DNA of 64,000 bases from an uncultured bacterium (GTDB lineage: Bacteria; UBA8481). Where the stretch lies: NCBI GenBank assembly GCA_964499705.1, contig CAZCME010000003.1, forward strand, positions 1-64,000, read 5' to 3'. The notes under the pieces are model-generated. The model worked only from the letters and a program-made list of their open reading frames with translations, searched no databases and had not been told where the DNA came from. A program made the position numbers and the translations under genes. This document shows, piece after piece, positions 1-8,455 of this stretch. Each line of letters starts with the position of its first letter. The first letter of the stretch is position 1.

Positions 1-51
1 GCGGACCTTTCTACCTTGCAGAAAAGCGGAACTTTCTACTTTGCGTTGACA
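1..51. mobile_element. Terminal repeat of an insertion sequence (IS1202/ISNCY-like end); element body lies outside the window
   Basis: Two 19-nt near-direct repeats (GCGGACCTTTCTACCTTGC 1-19, GCGGAACTTTCTACTTTGC 26-44) end in TTGACA, giving a 5'-TGT terminus on the - strand. This architecture is typical of IS1202/IS481/IS21-type ends. No transposase is in the window. Confidence 0.6.
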
Positions 52-99
52 CTATGCCTTGATGGAGTTTGCACTGCGGCCCTGACTACAACTCAGACA

Positions 100-115
100 C
101 GTTTCACGTGAAACA
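100..115. promoter_or_regulatory. parS centromere site
   Basis: CGTTTCACGTGAAACA matches the consensus TGTTTCACGTGAAACA at 15/16 and lies 42 nt upstream of parA. Confidence 0.9.
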
Positions 116-120
116 ATCAC

Positions 121-148
121 TTGACCACTTTCAGACATCTTCTAATAT
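121..148 (+). promoter_or_regulatory. Putative sigma70 promoter of the parAB operon
   Basis: TTGACC (121-126), 16-nt spacer, TAATAT (143-148). The parA ATG is at 158 with no Shine-Dalgarno. Confidence 0.5.
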
Positions 149-157
149 TTCCAAACC

Positions 158-1006
158 ATGCCAAACATCATCGCCATCGCCAATCAGAAAGGAGGAGTAG
201 GGAAGACAACGACGATCGTCAATCTCGCGGCTTCCCTGGCAGCCGGATCCCACAAAACTCTCATCATCGATCTCGATCCGCAAAGTAACGCTACTCAATC
301 TCTCGGAATCAGCCTGGAAGACGGAGAACAGCACATTTACGACCTCCTGGTGCGCGCGGCTTCCGGTGAAGAGTTGAAAATCGTGTCGCGCACGACGGAT
401 ATGGATGATCTTCATATTATCCCCGGATTTATCGGCGCCGCTGCTTTGGAACGCGAATTGGCCGAATTCGAGGATCGAGAATTCCTCCTGAAGAAGATTC
501 TTTCTTCCTCCGCTCTCTCTTCCTTCGATTACATCCTGCTCGACACTCCCCCGGGGCTCGGCATCCTGACGATCAACGCCCTGGCCGCAGCCGGCACACT
601 CATCATTCCCGTGCAGTCGGAATATCTCGCCCTCGAAGGATTGACGCAGATGGTCGATACGGTCGAGCGCATCCGGGAAAATTTCAATCCGGAGCTTCTG
701 AAAATCCGCGTCCTCATCACCTTGTTCGATCACCGCCTGCGACTCGCCCGGGCCATCGAAAGCGAACTGAGGACAAAATTGTCCGGGGATCCGCATCTCC
801 GCGTGTGCAAGACCATGATTCATCGCAACGTGCGCCTGGCGGAAGCTCCGAGCTTCGGTCTTCCGATCATTCTCTTCGATCCCTCATCGAGCGGATCGGA
901 CAACTACATCGAACTTTCCAAGGAGGTTATGAACGATGAAACGACCCGTACTGGGCAGGGGACTGGATACGCTCCTGTCCCGCTCGAAATCGCCGTCCAC
1001 CCCTGA
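158..1006 (+). CDS. parA: Chromosome partitioning ATPase ParA/Soj
   Basis: Deviant Walker A NQKGGVGKTT, DLDPQ, DTPP and RNVRLAEAPSFG motifs. Confidence 0.97.
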   Translation: MPNIIAIANQKGGVGKTTTIVNLAASLAAGSHKTLIIDLDPQSNATQSLGISLEDGEQHIYDLLVRAASGEELKIVSRTTDMDDLHIIPGFIGAAALERELAEFEDREFLLKKILSSSALSSFDYILLDTPPGLGILTINALAAAGTLIIPVQSEYLALEGLTQMVDTVERIRENFNPELLKIRVLITLFDHRLRLARAIESELRTKLSGDPHLRVCKTMIHRNVRLAEAPSFGLPIILFDPSSSGSDNYIELSKEVMNDETTRTGQGTGYAPVPLEIAVHP

Positions 1007-2120
1007 CGCGCCGCCGACGCTCGCGCCGGCGCCACGTCCCGCCCTTCAGGTTCCGACGTCCACCCGGATCAACCACGCGGTAAAGGATTCTCCCGGAGCC
1101 ACCATATCTTCGGCCCCGGGCGCAGTTCATGTTCCAACGGGCCGATTGACGCTCGCGGAAAAACATTCCGATCACGGGACTCCCGCGCCAGTTACACACT
1201 ATAACGATATATCTGATTCTGTTATATCGCCCCGCGCGCTGACGGTTGTCACGGGCGCGGCGGCGGCGCGAGCGGCAGAGGTAACCTCTCAATCGAAAAC
1301 CGTTTCTTCCGCAACTCCCGCGGCAGGCTCCGAGGAATCCCTGCGCCAGATCTCCGTCGAAGCCATCGTTCCCCACGAGAATCAGCCTCGAAAGGTCTTC
1401 GACGAGGCCTCCCTCAAAACCCTCGCGGATTCGATCCGCGCCCAGGGTGTTCTGCAGCCGATCCTCGTGCGCGAGCTGCCGGAAGGAAAATTCGGCATTC
1501 TCGCGGGCGAACGGCGATGGCAGGCGGCCCGACTGGCCGGTCTCGCCGTCGTGCCCGCTCTCGTCAGAAAATCCGCCACGCCCGAAAATCAACTGCTGCT
1601 GGCGCTCCTGGAAAATCTTCAGCGCGAAGATTTGAACGTCCTCGAGGAGGCGCGCGCCTTCGAGCGCATGTCCTCCGAATTCCGGCTGAGCCACGAGGAG
1701 ATCGCCTCCCGCGTGGGCCGGTCCCGGACGGCGATCACGAACGCCATCCGCATTCTCTCCCTGCCGCCGGAAATCCTGAAGGCCCTGGAAGAGGGCCGCG
1801 TCGCATCCGGCCAGGTCCGTCCGCTCCTCGCCCTCTCCCGACCCGACGCCCTCGCCCTCTTCAAACGCATCATCGCGGACGATCTCTCCGCAAGAGAAGT
1901 CGAGCGACTGGCGGGCTCCTCCCCCGACGCGGACGGCGCGAAGCGCAAGGCGAAGAAGCAGGCGACGACAGCCATCGCGGACGTGGAAGATCGGCTCACG
2001 CGAAAATTCGGGCGAAACGCGCGCATCATGGGCTCGGAGAAGAAGGGAAGTGTCCGCTTCGATTACTATTCCAAGGAGGATCTGATCCAGCTCGTCGATC
2101 AGCTCCTAGAACAAGAATGA
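936..2120 (+). CDS. parB: Chromosome partitioning CTPase ParB/Spo0J
   Basis: N-terminal LGRGL peptide, QPR, AGERRWQA CTP motif, ENLQREDL and HTH region; directly follows parA. Confidence 0.96.
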   Translation: MKRPVLGRGLDTLLSRSKSPSTPDAPPTLAPAPRPALQVPTSTRINHAVKDSPGATISSAPGAVHVPTGRLTLAEKHSDHGTPAPVTHYNDISDSVISPRALTVVTGAAAARAAEVTSQSKTVSSATPAAGSEESLRQISVEAIVPHENQPRKVFDEASLKTLADSIRAQGVLQPILVRELPEGKFGILAGERRWQAARLAGLAVVPALVRKSATPENQLLLALLENLQREDLNVLEEARAFERMSSEFRLSHEEIASRVGRSRTAITNAIRILSLPPEILKALEEGRVASGQVRPLLALSRPDALALFKRIIADDLSAREVERLAGSSPDADGAKRKAKKQATTAIADVEDRLTRKFGRNARIMGSEKKGSVRFDYYSKEDLIQLVDQLLEQE

Positions 2121-2854
2121 CTTCCCCACGCGTGGACAGTAAAAACTCCCGCGCCTCGCGATCTTCCCGCCGCCGCCGCGGAATATTCATCTCCTTCGAA
2201 GGGCCGGACGGAGCAGGGAAGACGACGCACGCACGGCTCCTCGCCGAGCTCCTCGGTAAGCGCGGACATAAAGTCGTCCTGACGCGGGAGCCCGGTGGCA
2301 CGCCCTTCGGGGAGCAGGTGCGCGAGATTCTTCTCGATCCCGCTACAGGGCGCATCAGTCATCTCACGGAACTGCTCCTCTACGAATCGATCCGGGCTCA
2401 TCACGTCGAATCGCTCATCGTCCCCGCTCTGAAGAGCGGCAAGATCGTCATCTGCGACCGTTTCACGGATGCGTCCCTGGCGTATCAGGGGTATGGCCGC
2501 GGATTGCCCGCTGAAACAGTGCGGCGGCTCAATGAAATCGCCTCCTCCGGCTTGAAACCCGACATCACGATTCTCCTCGATATCGACTCCCGCGACGGGC
2601 TCGACGCCTGCGTTCGCGATAACGCGCGCTCTTCGCGCCGGAAGAAATCCTCCACAGGAAGGCTCGACCGGATCGAATCCGCGGGCGCGGCGTTTCACAG
2701 GCGTGTTCGCCGGGGATATCTCCGCATGGCCGCGGCCGAACCCCGACGCTTCATGCTCGTCAAGCGCGCCCCCACCCTGGATGACACCTTCGCCCGCATG
2801 ATCCGGCTGCTCGGCAAAAAGTGCCCGGGGCTCCGGCTTGTCGCCGCTCCATGA
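2117..2854 (+). CDS. tmk: Thymidylate kinase
   Basis: FEGPDGAGKTT, TREPGG and CDRFTDASLAYQG motifs. The ATG overlaps the parB stop (ATGA). Confidence 0.95.
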   Translation: MTSPRVDSKNSRASRSSRRRRGIFISFEGPDGAGKTTHARLLAELLGKRGHKVVLTREPGGTPFGEQVREILLDPATGRISHLTELLLYESIRAHHVESLIVPALKSGKIVICDRFTDASLAYQGYGRGLPAETVRRLNEIASSGLKPDITILLDIDSRDGLDACVRDNARSSRRKKSSTGRLDRIESAGAAFHRRVRRGYLRMAAAEPRRFMLVKRAPTLDDTFARMIRLLGKKCPGLRLVAAP

Positions 2855-3294
2855 AAGTCGAGCGCGGCAAGAAAGGGGGAGACGGCGGAGGCCCGTCCCG
2901 CGCGCAGGCTCGTAAGGTGGAAGGCGGTTCCAAATTCGTCGAAGCCATCTCCGCCGCGACGGACCGCGCCGTCGAGAAGGATCAGGATCGGCTCTTCACG
3001 ATGATCGAGGAGCAGGCCAATATTCTCGTCAAGAAGCAGACGGTCGGAGAGATGACGAAGTATCGCGACCTCGTTACGGATTTCATGAAGCTTGTCGTGG
3101 AAGGTTCGCTCCAGACCGGCGAAATCCCTTCCGCACATTTTCGCGCGAGCGGAAAAGTTTTCATCATCACGAGACGAATCGAGGAGAAACTGCTGGAGAT
3201 GGCGGAGCAGATCCGGAGCGGCACGGCGCAGGCCATGGCGATCACGGCCGCGACATCGGAGATCCGCGGTCTTCTGATGGACATCAAGGCGTGA
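2851..3294 (+). CDS. YaaR/DUF327 family protein
   Basis: Sits between tmk and holB; YRDLVTDFMK...EIRGLLMDI pattern; coupled overlaps on both sides. Confidence 0.7.
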   Translation: MKVERGKKGGDGGGPSRAQARKVEGGSKFVEAISAATDRAVEKDQDRLFTMIEEQANILVKKQTVGEMTKYRDLVTDFMKLVVEGSLQTGEIPSAHFRASGKVFIITRRIEEKLLEMAEQIRSGTAQAMAITAATSEIRGLLMDIKA

Positions 3295-4148
3295 CCGCCG
3301 ATTCTCTCTCCGCGATCATAGGCCAGGACCGCGCCGTCGCGATCCTCCGCTCCCATCTCGCCACCCGCCGCATTCCGCCCACCTTCCTCTTTTCCGGACC
3401 GGACGGAGTCGGACGTGCCTTGACGGCGCGCGCCTTCGCGCTGGCGCTCTCCTGCGAAAAGGGAACGGGTTGTGCTCCGGGCTCATCCGGCAGTTGCGCC
3501 TCCTGCCGCGCGAATTCCACCGGAGAAGGAATTCGCGACGTCGATATCGCTCTTCTCAGGGCGGACGAAACGGAGGATAACAAGTCGGCCGCGCTCCGCC
3601 GCATCCTCGCCTCCCACACACGCACGCACCTTCTGCCGTGGCTCGTGGTCATCATGGAACATGCGGATTCCATGACCGATTCGATGCATTCGGTCATGCT
3701 GAAGACCGCGGAGGAACCGCCGGCCGGAGTCTGTTATGTGATGCTCACCACCTCCCTGGGAAATTTCAGTCCCGCGCTGAGATCGCGGGCGGCCATCGTC
3801 CGGTTCGGCCCGCTCTCCGAGGACGCTCTCAGGTCGATCCTCCCGCCGGAAACATCCGCCAGTCCACTCCTCCATTGCGCCAACGGCTCCGTCTCCACCG
3901 CGACCCTGCTCGCGAGCCAGTATTCCTCCGAAGAGGATCTGCTCGATAAGGTCTTCTTCCGCGTCGAGCTCCGGAAAAGAAAACGTGTCGATGTGCTCCG
4001 CGAACTGTCCTGGGCGGTGCCCGCCGCGGCGCGGCTCCGGCCCGCATGGAAGGAAGCTCTCCTGGAACTGGACAGGCACGCGAGGGCCAACGCCCTTCTT
4101 CCTCTGGCATTCGAAGTCTTCAGGAACCGTGTGGGAGCGCGGCGATAA
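3291..4148 (+). CDS. holB: DNA polymerase III delta-prime subunit (divergent)
   Basis: IIGQ, FSGPDGVGR degenerate Walker A, Cys cluster, LKTAEEPP and LRSR motifs; tmk-holB-metG synteny. Confidence 0.85.
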   Translation: MTADSLSAIIGQDRAVAILRSHLATRRIPPTFLFSGPDGVGRALTARAFALALSCEKGTGCAPGSSGSCASCRANSTGEGIRDVDIALLRADETEDNKSAALRRILASHTRTHLLPWLVVIMEHADSMTDSMHSVMLKTAEEPPAGVCYVMLTTSLGNFSPALRSRAAIVRFGPLSEDALRSILPPETSASPLLHCANGSVSTATLLASQYSSEEDLLDKVFFRVELRKRKRVDVLRELSWAVPAAARLRPAWKEALLELDRHARANALLPLAFEVFRNRVGARR

Positions 4149-4241
4149 CTCGTTCCTCTTCCTGATACAGCGGGAAATGCAGTTCTTCTTTGATTTTCCT
4201 CCAACCATCACTACTATGGATGCCGGATCGAGGGAGAAAAG

Positions 4242-6179
4242 ATGAGCGACGCGTTTTACGTCACGACGCCCATATATTACGTCAACGACAAGCCTCATAT
4301 CGGGCACGCCTACACGACTATCGCGGCGGATGTGCTCGCGCGCTATTACCGCAGTCTCGGTCGTCACGCGTTCTTCATGACGGGCGTCGACGAGCACGGG
4401 CAGAAGGTGGAGAAAGCCGCGCGCGCGCAGGGAATCGATCCTCAATCTCATTGCGATATGATGGCTCCGCGGTTCGCCGACCTCTGGAAGCGTCTCAGCA
4501 TCGAGCCCGACGCGTTTCTCCGGACCACCGACAAGCCGCACAAGAAATTCGTCGCGGCCGCGCTGGACAAGTTGAACGCGGCCGGCCTCATCGAAGCGCG
4601 CGATTTCGAAGGCTGGTACTGCACGCCCTGCGAACGCTACTGGACGGAAAAAGACCTCGTCCCGGAGAAGACGGAAGGCGGCGGTAACGAGGGAGGACTT
4701 TGTCCCGATTGCAGGCGGCCCGTGGAGCGACTGACGGAGCGGAATTATTTTTTCCTGATGAGCCGATTCGCGGATCGGATCAAGACGGCCATCGAGACGG
4801 ATGCGCTGGAGATTCTTCCGAAGTCGAGGAAGAACGAGGTCCTCGGTTTCATCGCGCAGGGTGTCGGCGATCTCTGCATAAGCCGTCCGAAGGCCAGGCT
4901 CTCCTGGGGCATCCCCATCCCGTTCGATCCGGATTACGTCACGTACGTCTGGTTCGACGCTCTCCTCAACTACGTCTCCGGCCCGGAATATCTCGGCAAG
5001 CGCCGGGAGTGGTGGCCGGCGGCTGCGCATCTCATCGGCAAGGATATTTTGACGACGCACGCGGTCTACTGGCCGGCCATGCTCATGGCGCTCGGACTGC
5101 CGCTTCCCAAACGCATCGTGGCGCACGGATGGTGGAATTTCGCGGGCGAGAAGATGTCGAAATCGATCGGCAATGTCGTCGATCCCCTGGATCTTCTCGA
5201 GGCGTACGACGGCGGCAATCCCCGGGCCGCGGTCGATGCGTTCCGGTATTTCCTGATGAGCGAAGTGACGTTCGGGCTCGACGGCACGTTTTCGCTCGAC
5301 GCCTTCGAGCGGCGGTGGACGTCGGATCTTTCCAATGACGTCGGCAATCTTCTTTCGCGCGTCGTCTCGCTCATCGCCAAGCTCTGCGGCGGAGAACTGC
5401 TCGCGGCGCCGAGCGAGGAGGACCGGTCGATCGTCGAACAATATCGCGCGGCGATGGAATCGTTCCAGTTTTCGCGCGCGACGGAAATCGCCCTGAAGCT
5501 GGCCCGCGACACGAACCTCTCGATCCAGAACGCGGCTCCGTGGTCCCATCCCGAATCCGCTTCCGATTGCCTCGCGCATGCGGCCGGCGCCTTATGCGTC
5601 CTCTCCGCGCTTCTCAAGCCCTTCATTCCCGAATCCGCCGACGTGATGGCGCAGCGCCTGGGCCTGCCGGAAGCTCCCGCGCTGCCCGTATCCTACCAGC
5701 CCTACCGCGTCCACGTGACGATCGGAGAACCGCTTTTCGCGCGGCCGGTGCGCGTGGATGCTCCGCACGCCGGCGCGGCGCCGGTGGCGGGACAGAAGAA
5801 TATTTCAGGCCAGCCGCTTTCCGCGACCGGAATATCGAGTGGGCAGGAACCGTCGTCCTTCGTCTCCATCGCCGATGTGAAAAATCTCGGGCTGCGCGTG
5901 GGCATCGTGGAGGCGGCGGAGCGGATCGAGAAAACGAAGAAGCTCCTGAAGCTGACCGTCAATCTCGGCTCGGACACCAGGACGCTCGTCGCGGGAATCG
6001 CGGAAACCTACGCGCCGGAAACGCTCATCGGTCGCCGCGTCGTCGTCGTGTCCAATCTCCAGCCGGCCGTCATTCGCGGCATCGAGTCGCGCGGCATGGT
6101 TCTCTGCGCCGCCGATGACGAAGGGCTCTCGCTCATCGCCCCCGTATCCGAAATGCCGGCGGGTTCGGAGGTCCGGTGA
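4242..6179 (+). CDS. metG: Methionine--tRNA ligase with C-terminal tRNA-binding domain
   Basis: YVTTPIYYVN, HIGH, KMSKS and YVWFDAL motifs; C-terminal NLQPAVIRGIESRGM. Confidence 0.97.
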   Translation: MSDAFYVTTPIYYVNDKPHIGHAYTTIAADVLARYYRSLGRHAFFMTGVDEHGQKVEKAARAQGIDPQSHCDMMAPRFADLWKRLSIEPDAFLRTTDKPHKKFVAAALDKLNAAGLIEARDFEGWYCTPCERYWTEKDLVPEKTEGGGNEGGLCPDCRRPVERLTERNYFFLMSRFADRIKTAIETDALEILPKSRKNEVLGFIAQGVGDLCISRPKARLSWGIPIPFDPDYVTYVWFDALLNYVSGPEYLGKRREWWPAAAHLIGKDILTTHAVYWPAMLMALGLPLPKRIVAHGWWNFAGEKMSKSIGNVVDPLDLLEAYDGGNPRAAVDAFRYFLMSEVTFGLDGTFSLDAFERRWTSDLSNDVGNLLSRVVSLIAKLCGGELLAAPSEEDRSIVEQYRAAMESFQFSRATEIALKLARDTNLSIQNAAPWSHPESASDCLAHAAGALCVLSALLKPFIPESADVMAQRLGLPEAPALPVSYQPYRVHVTIGEPLFARPVRVDAPHAGAAPVAGQKNISGQPLSATGISSGQEPSSFVSIADVKNLGLRVGIVEAAERIEKTKKLLKLTVNLGSDTRTLVAGIAETYAPETLIGRRVVVVSNLQPAVIRGIESRGMVLCAADDEGLSLIAPVSEMPAGSEVR

Positions 6180-6763
6180 AACCGTCCGCCCGTAAGAAGC
6201 GCGCTCCGCGGGCGCGGGCGAATTCCCGCAGAAGTCCGGCCGCACTCCAGAAAAAAGTCCTGCCTGAATATTTTTCGGAGATCTCCAGCCGGCCGACGCA
6301 CCTCGACGACAAGGGACGCCTCAGGATGGTGAACGTGTCCGCCAAGCCCGTGACGCTCCGGCGCGCGGTCGCGGAAGCCCGCGTGCGGATGTCGTCCAGG
6401 GCACTGCAGGCGATCCGGAAGGGGAACCTTCCGAAGGGCGATATCGGCGCCGCGGTCCGGATCGCGGCGATCCACGCCGCCAAGAAGACATCCGACTTCA
6501 TTCCGCTCTGCCATCCTCTCTCGCTCGACCATGTCGAAGTGCGGACGCGGACGACGAAAACGGAGATGATCATCGAGACGGAAGCCGTGACGACGGCGCG
6601 CACGGGCGTGGAGATGGAAGCGATGACGGCGGCGGCCGTGGGGGCTCTTGTCGTGTATGACATGGTGAAGAGCATGGAGCGCGGCGTCACGATCGGCCCT
6701 GTCCGGCTCCTCGAAAAAGAGGGAGGCCGCTCGGGTCGTTGGACCCGGCTCCGCACATCCTGA
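6176..6763 (+). CDS. moaC: Cyclic pyranopterin monophosphate synthase MoaC
   Basis: THLD...MVNVSAK, IPLCHP, TGVEMEA and YDMVK motifs. True start uncertain. Confidence 0.93.
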   Translation: MKPSARKKRAPRARANSRRSPAALQKKVLPEYFSEISSRPTHLDDKGRLRMVNVSAKPVTLRRAVAEARVRMSSRALQAIRKGNLPKGDIGAAVRIAAIHAAKKTSDFIPLCHPLSLDHVEVRTRTTKTEMIIETEAVTTARTGVEMEAMTAAAVGALVVYDMVKSMERGVTIGPVRLLEKEGGRSGRWTRLRTS

Positions 6764-6918
6764 TGTCCTGGAAAAGTTTCTTCAAGCCAAAGACGTACAA
6801 GCGGCGCAAGGTTCGCCAGATGAGTAATTTTTCGACGCATGTGGAGATCTATATCTACGTGATCATGGGACTCGTCATTCTCGGCTCCATCATCATGTCT
6901 TTCTACGGCGCCAAGTAG
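6763..6918 (+). CDS. 51-aa single-pass membrane protein (not in the ORF track)
   Basis: MSWKSFFKPKTYKRRKVRQMSNFSTHVEIYIYVIMGLVILGSIIMSFYGAK. TGATG overlap with the moaC stop; ends 3 nt before bioD. Confidence 0.75.
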   Translation: MSWKSFFKPKTYKRRKVRQMSNFSTHVEIYIYVIMGLVILGSIIMSFYGAK

Positions 6919-6921
6919 ACG

Positions 6922-7611
6922 ATGAAATCCAGGGCGATCGCGGTCGTGGGCACGGATACAGGCGTCGGAAAGACATGCGCGGCGCGGAGCCTTCTCGATC
7001 ACCTCATCGCCGGAGGATCAAACTGCGTCGCGCTGAAACCGTTTGTCACGGGAGAAGTCGAAGGACGATGGAGCGATCTCGACAGGCTCGATGTCCGCGT
7101 TTCATCCGAAACCGGTCCCGCCCGGTATCGGCTGCCGCTCTCGCCGTACGGAGCCATCCGGCGCGGAGAACAGGAAGCTCCTCTCGACCGGGTGTTTGCC
7201 CATATCGCTTCGACAATCGAGCTTCACGATGTCGTCGTCATCGAGGGCATCGGCGGCGTGCTCGTGCCGCTGGTAAAAGGGGTCACATGGCTCGATCTTC
7301 ATGCGCGGCACCGGTGGCCCGCCATCGTCGTCGCCCGGGCCGGGCTCGGCACCATCAATCATTCCCTCCTGACGATCGACGCGCTTCGTTCCCGGGATAT
7401 TCCCATCGCCGGCTTCGTGCTCGCCGCCACGACACGCGTCGCGGAGGCAGACGCGGAAGAGAATGCCTTCATCATCACGGAATTTTCCGGAGCGGACTGC
7501 CTGGGCATCGTGCCGTTCGAAGAGGACGATGTGAAAGCCTCATGGGATCGGCATGTCGACTGGGATCGCGTCGCACTCCCGAGCAAGGAACTCACGCATG
7601 CCGCCCGTTGA
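6922..7611 (+). CDS. bioD: Dethiobiotin synthase
   Basis: GTDTGVGKT, KP, EGIGG and LGTINHSLLT motifs. Confidence 0.93.
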   Translation: MKSRAIAVVGTDTGVGKTCAARSLLDHLIAGGSNCVALKPFVTGEVEGRWSDLDRLDVRVSSETGPARYRLPLSPYGAIRRGEQEAPLDRVFAHIASTIELHDVVVIEGIGGVLVPLVKGVTWLDLHARHRWPAIVVARAGLGTINHSLLTIDALRSRDIPIAGFVLAATTRVAEADAEENAFIITEFSGADCLGIVPFEEDDVKASWDRHVDWDRVALPSKELTHAAR

Positions 7612-8455
7612 TATAAGAAGAGTCGTCGACCGGATCCAGAATCTGCCGACGCTGCCGACCGTCGTCATGCAGATCATGAAGCTCGTCAACAATCCCTCCT
7701 CGAACGCCCAGGACGTGCAGGTGATCCTGCACCGGGACCAGTCGCTGACGACCACCGTGATGAAGCTCGTCAATTCCTCCTTCTACGGCTACGCCGGCAA
7801 GATCACGACGCTGCAGCAGGCCGTCGTGATTCTCGGGTTCGAAACGATCAAGTCGGTCGCCCTCTCCGCGACGGTCTTCAGCGCCTTTTCCAAGACCGGA
7901 CGCGCGGAATTCGATCGCTCCGCCTTCTGGCAGCATTCGATCGCGACCGCTGTCGCCGCGCGGCTTCTGGCGCACGAAGCCAAGCTGAAACTGGCGGAGG
8001 AAGCCTTCGTCGCGGGAATCATCCACGACATCGGCAAGGTGGTGATGGACGAGTACGCGCCGGAGCTGTTCGACCAGGTCATCGCGCATGCCCGCGAGCA
8101 CGACACGCTCCTGTACGAAGCGGAGCGCGCCGTGCTGGGATTTTCGCACGCGCAGCTCGGCCGATGGCTCGGCACGAAATGGGGACTCCCGTATCCGCTC
8201 ATCGACGCGATCTTCTATCATCATCAGCCCGCCAACGCCCAGAAGGCGCCGCAGTTGACGGCTCTCGTTCACATCGGCGACATTCTCGCGCGCACGTGCA
8301 AGCTCGGTTCGGGAGGCGATGCCAAGGTTCCGCCGCTGGATCCGGCGGCGTGGAGCCTCGTGGGAATCTCGGAACAGGCGCTCCGCAAGATCCTCGACCG
8401 CCTGCCGGCGGAATTTCAGAAGGCGGACATTTACGTCCAGATGGCGCGCGCCTGA
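7598..8455 (+). CDS. HDOD domain protein
   Basis: LPTLP, D..L...VMKLVNSSFY, FWQHS, HDIGK, H..LG.WL..KW.LP and YHH motifs. Confidence 0.92.
   Translation: MPPVDIRRVVDRIQNLPTLPTVVMQIMKLVNNPSSNAQDVQVILHRDQSLTTTVMKLVNSSFYGYAGKITTLQQAVVILGFETIKSVALSATVFSAFSKTGRAEFDRSAFWQHSIATAVAARLLAHEAKLKLAEEAFVAGIIHDIGKVVMDEYAPELFDQVIAHAREHDTLLYEAERAVLGFSHAQLGRWLGTKWGLPYPLIDAIFYHHQPANAQKAPQLTALVHIGDILARTCKLGSGGDAKVPPLDPAAWSLVGISEQALRKILDRLPAEFQKADIYVQMARA

Noticed and set aside
52..99. Possible Xer/dif-like target next to the IS-like end
   Set aside because: No recognisable XerC/XerD arms (no TTATGTTAAAT-like half-site).
1517..2116. 200-aa N-terminal extension of Tmk in the ORF track
   Set aside because: It overlaps parB out of frame. 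The ATGA-coupled start at 2117 gives a normal-length Tmk.
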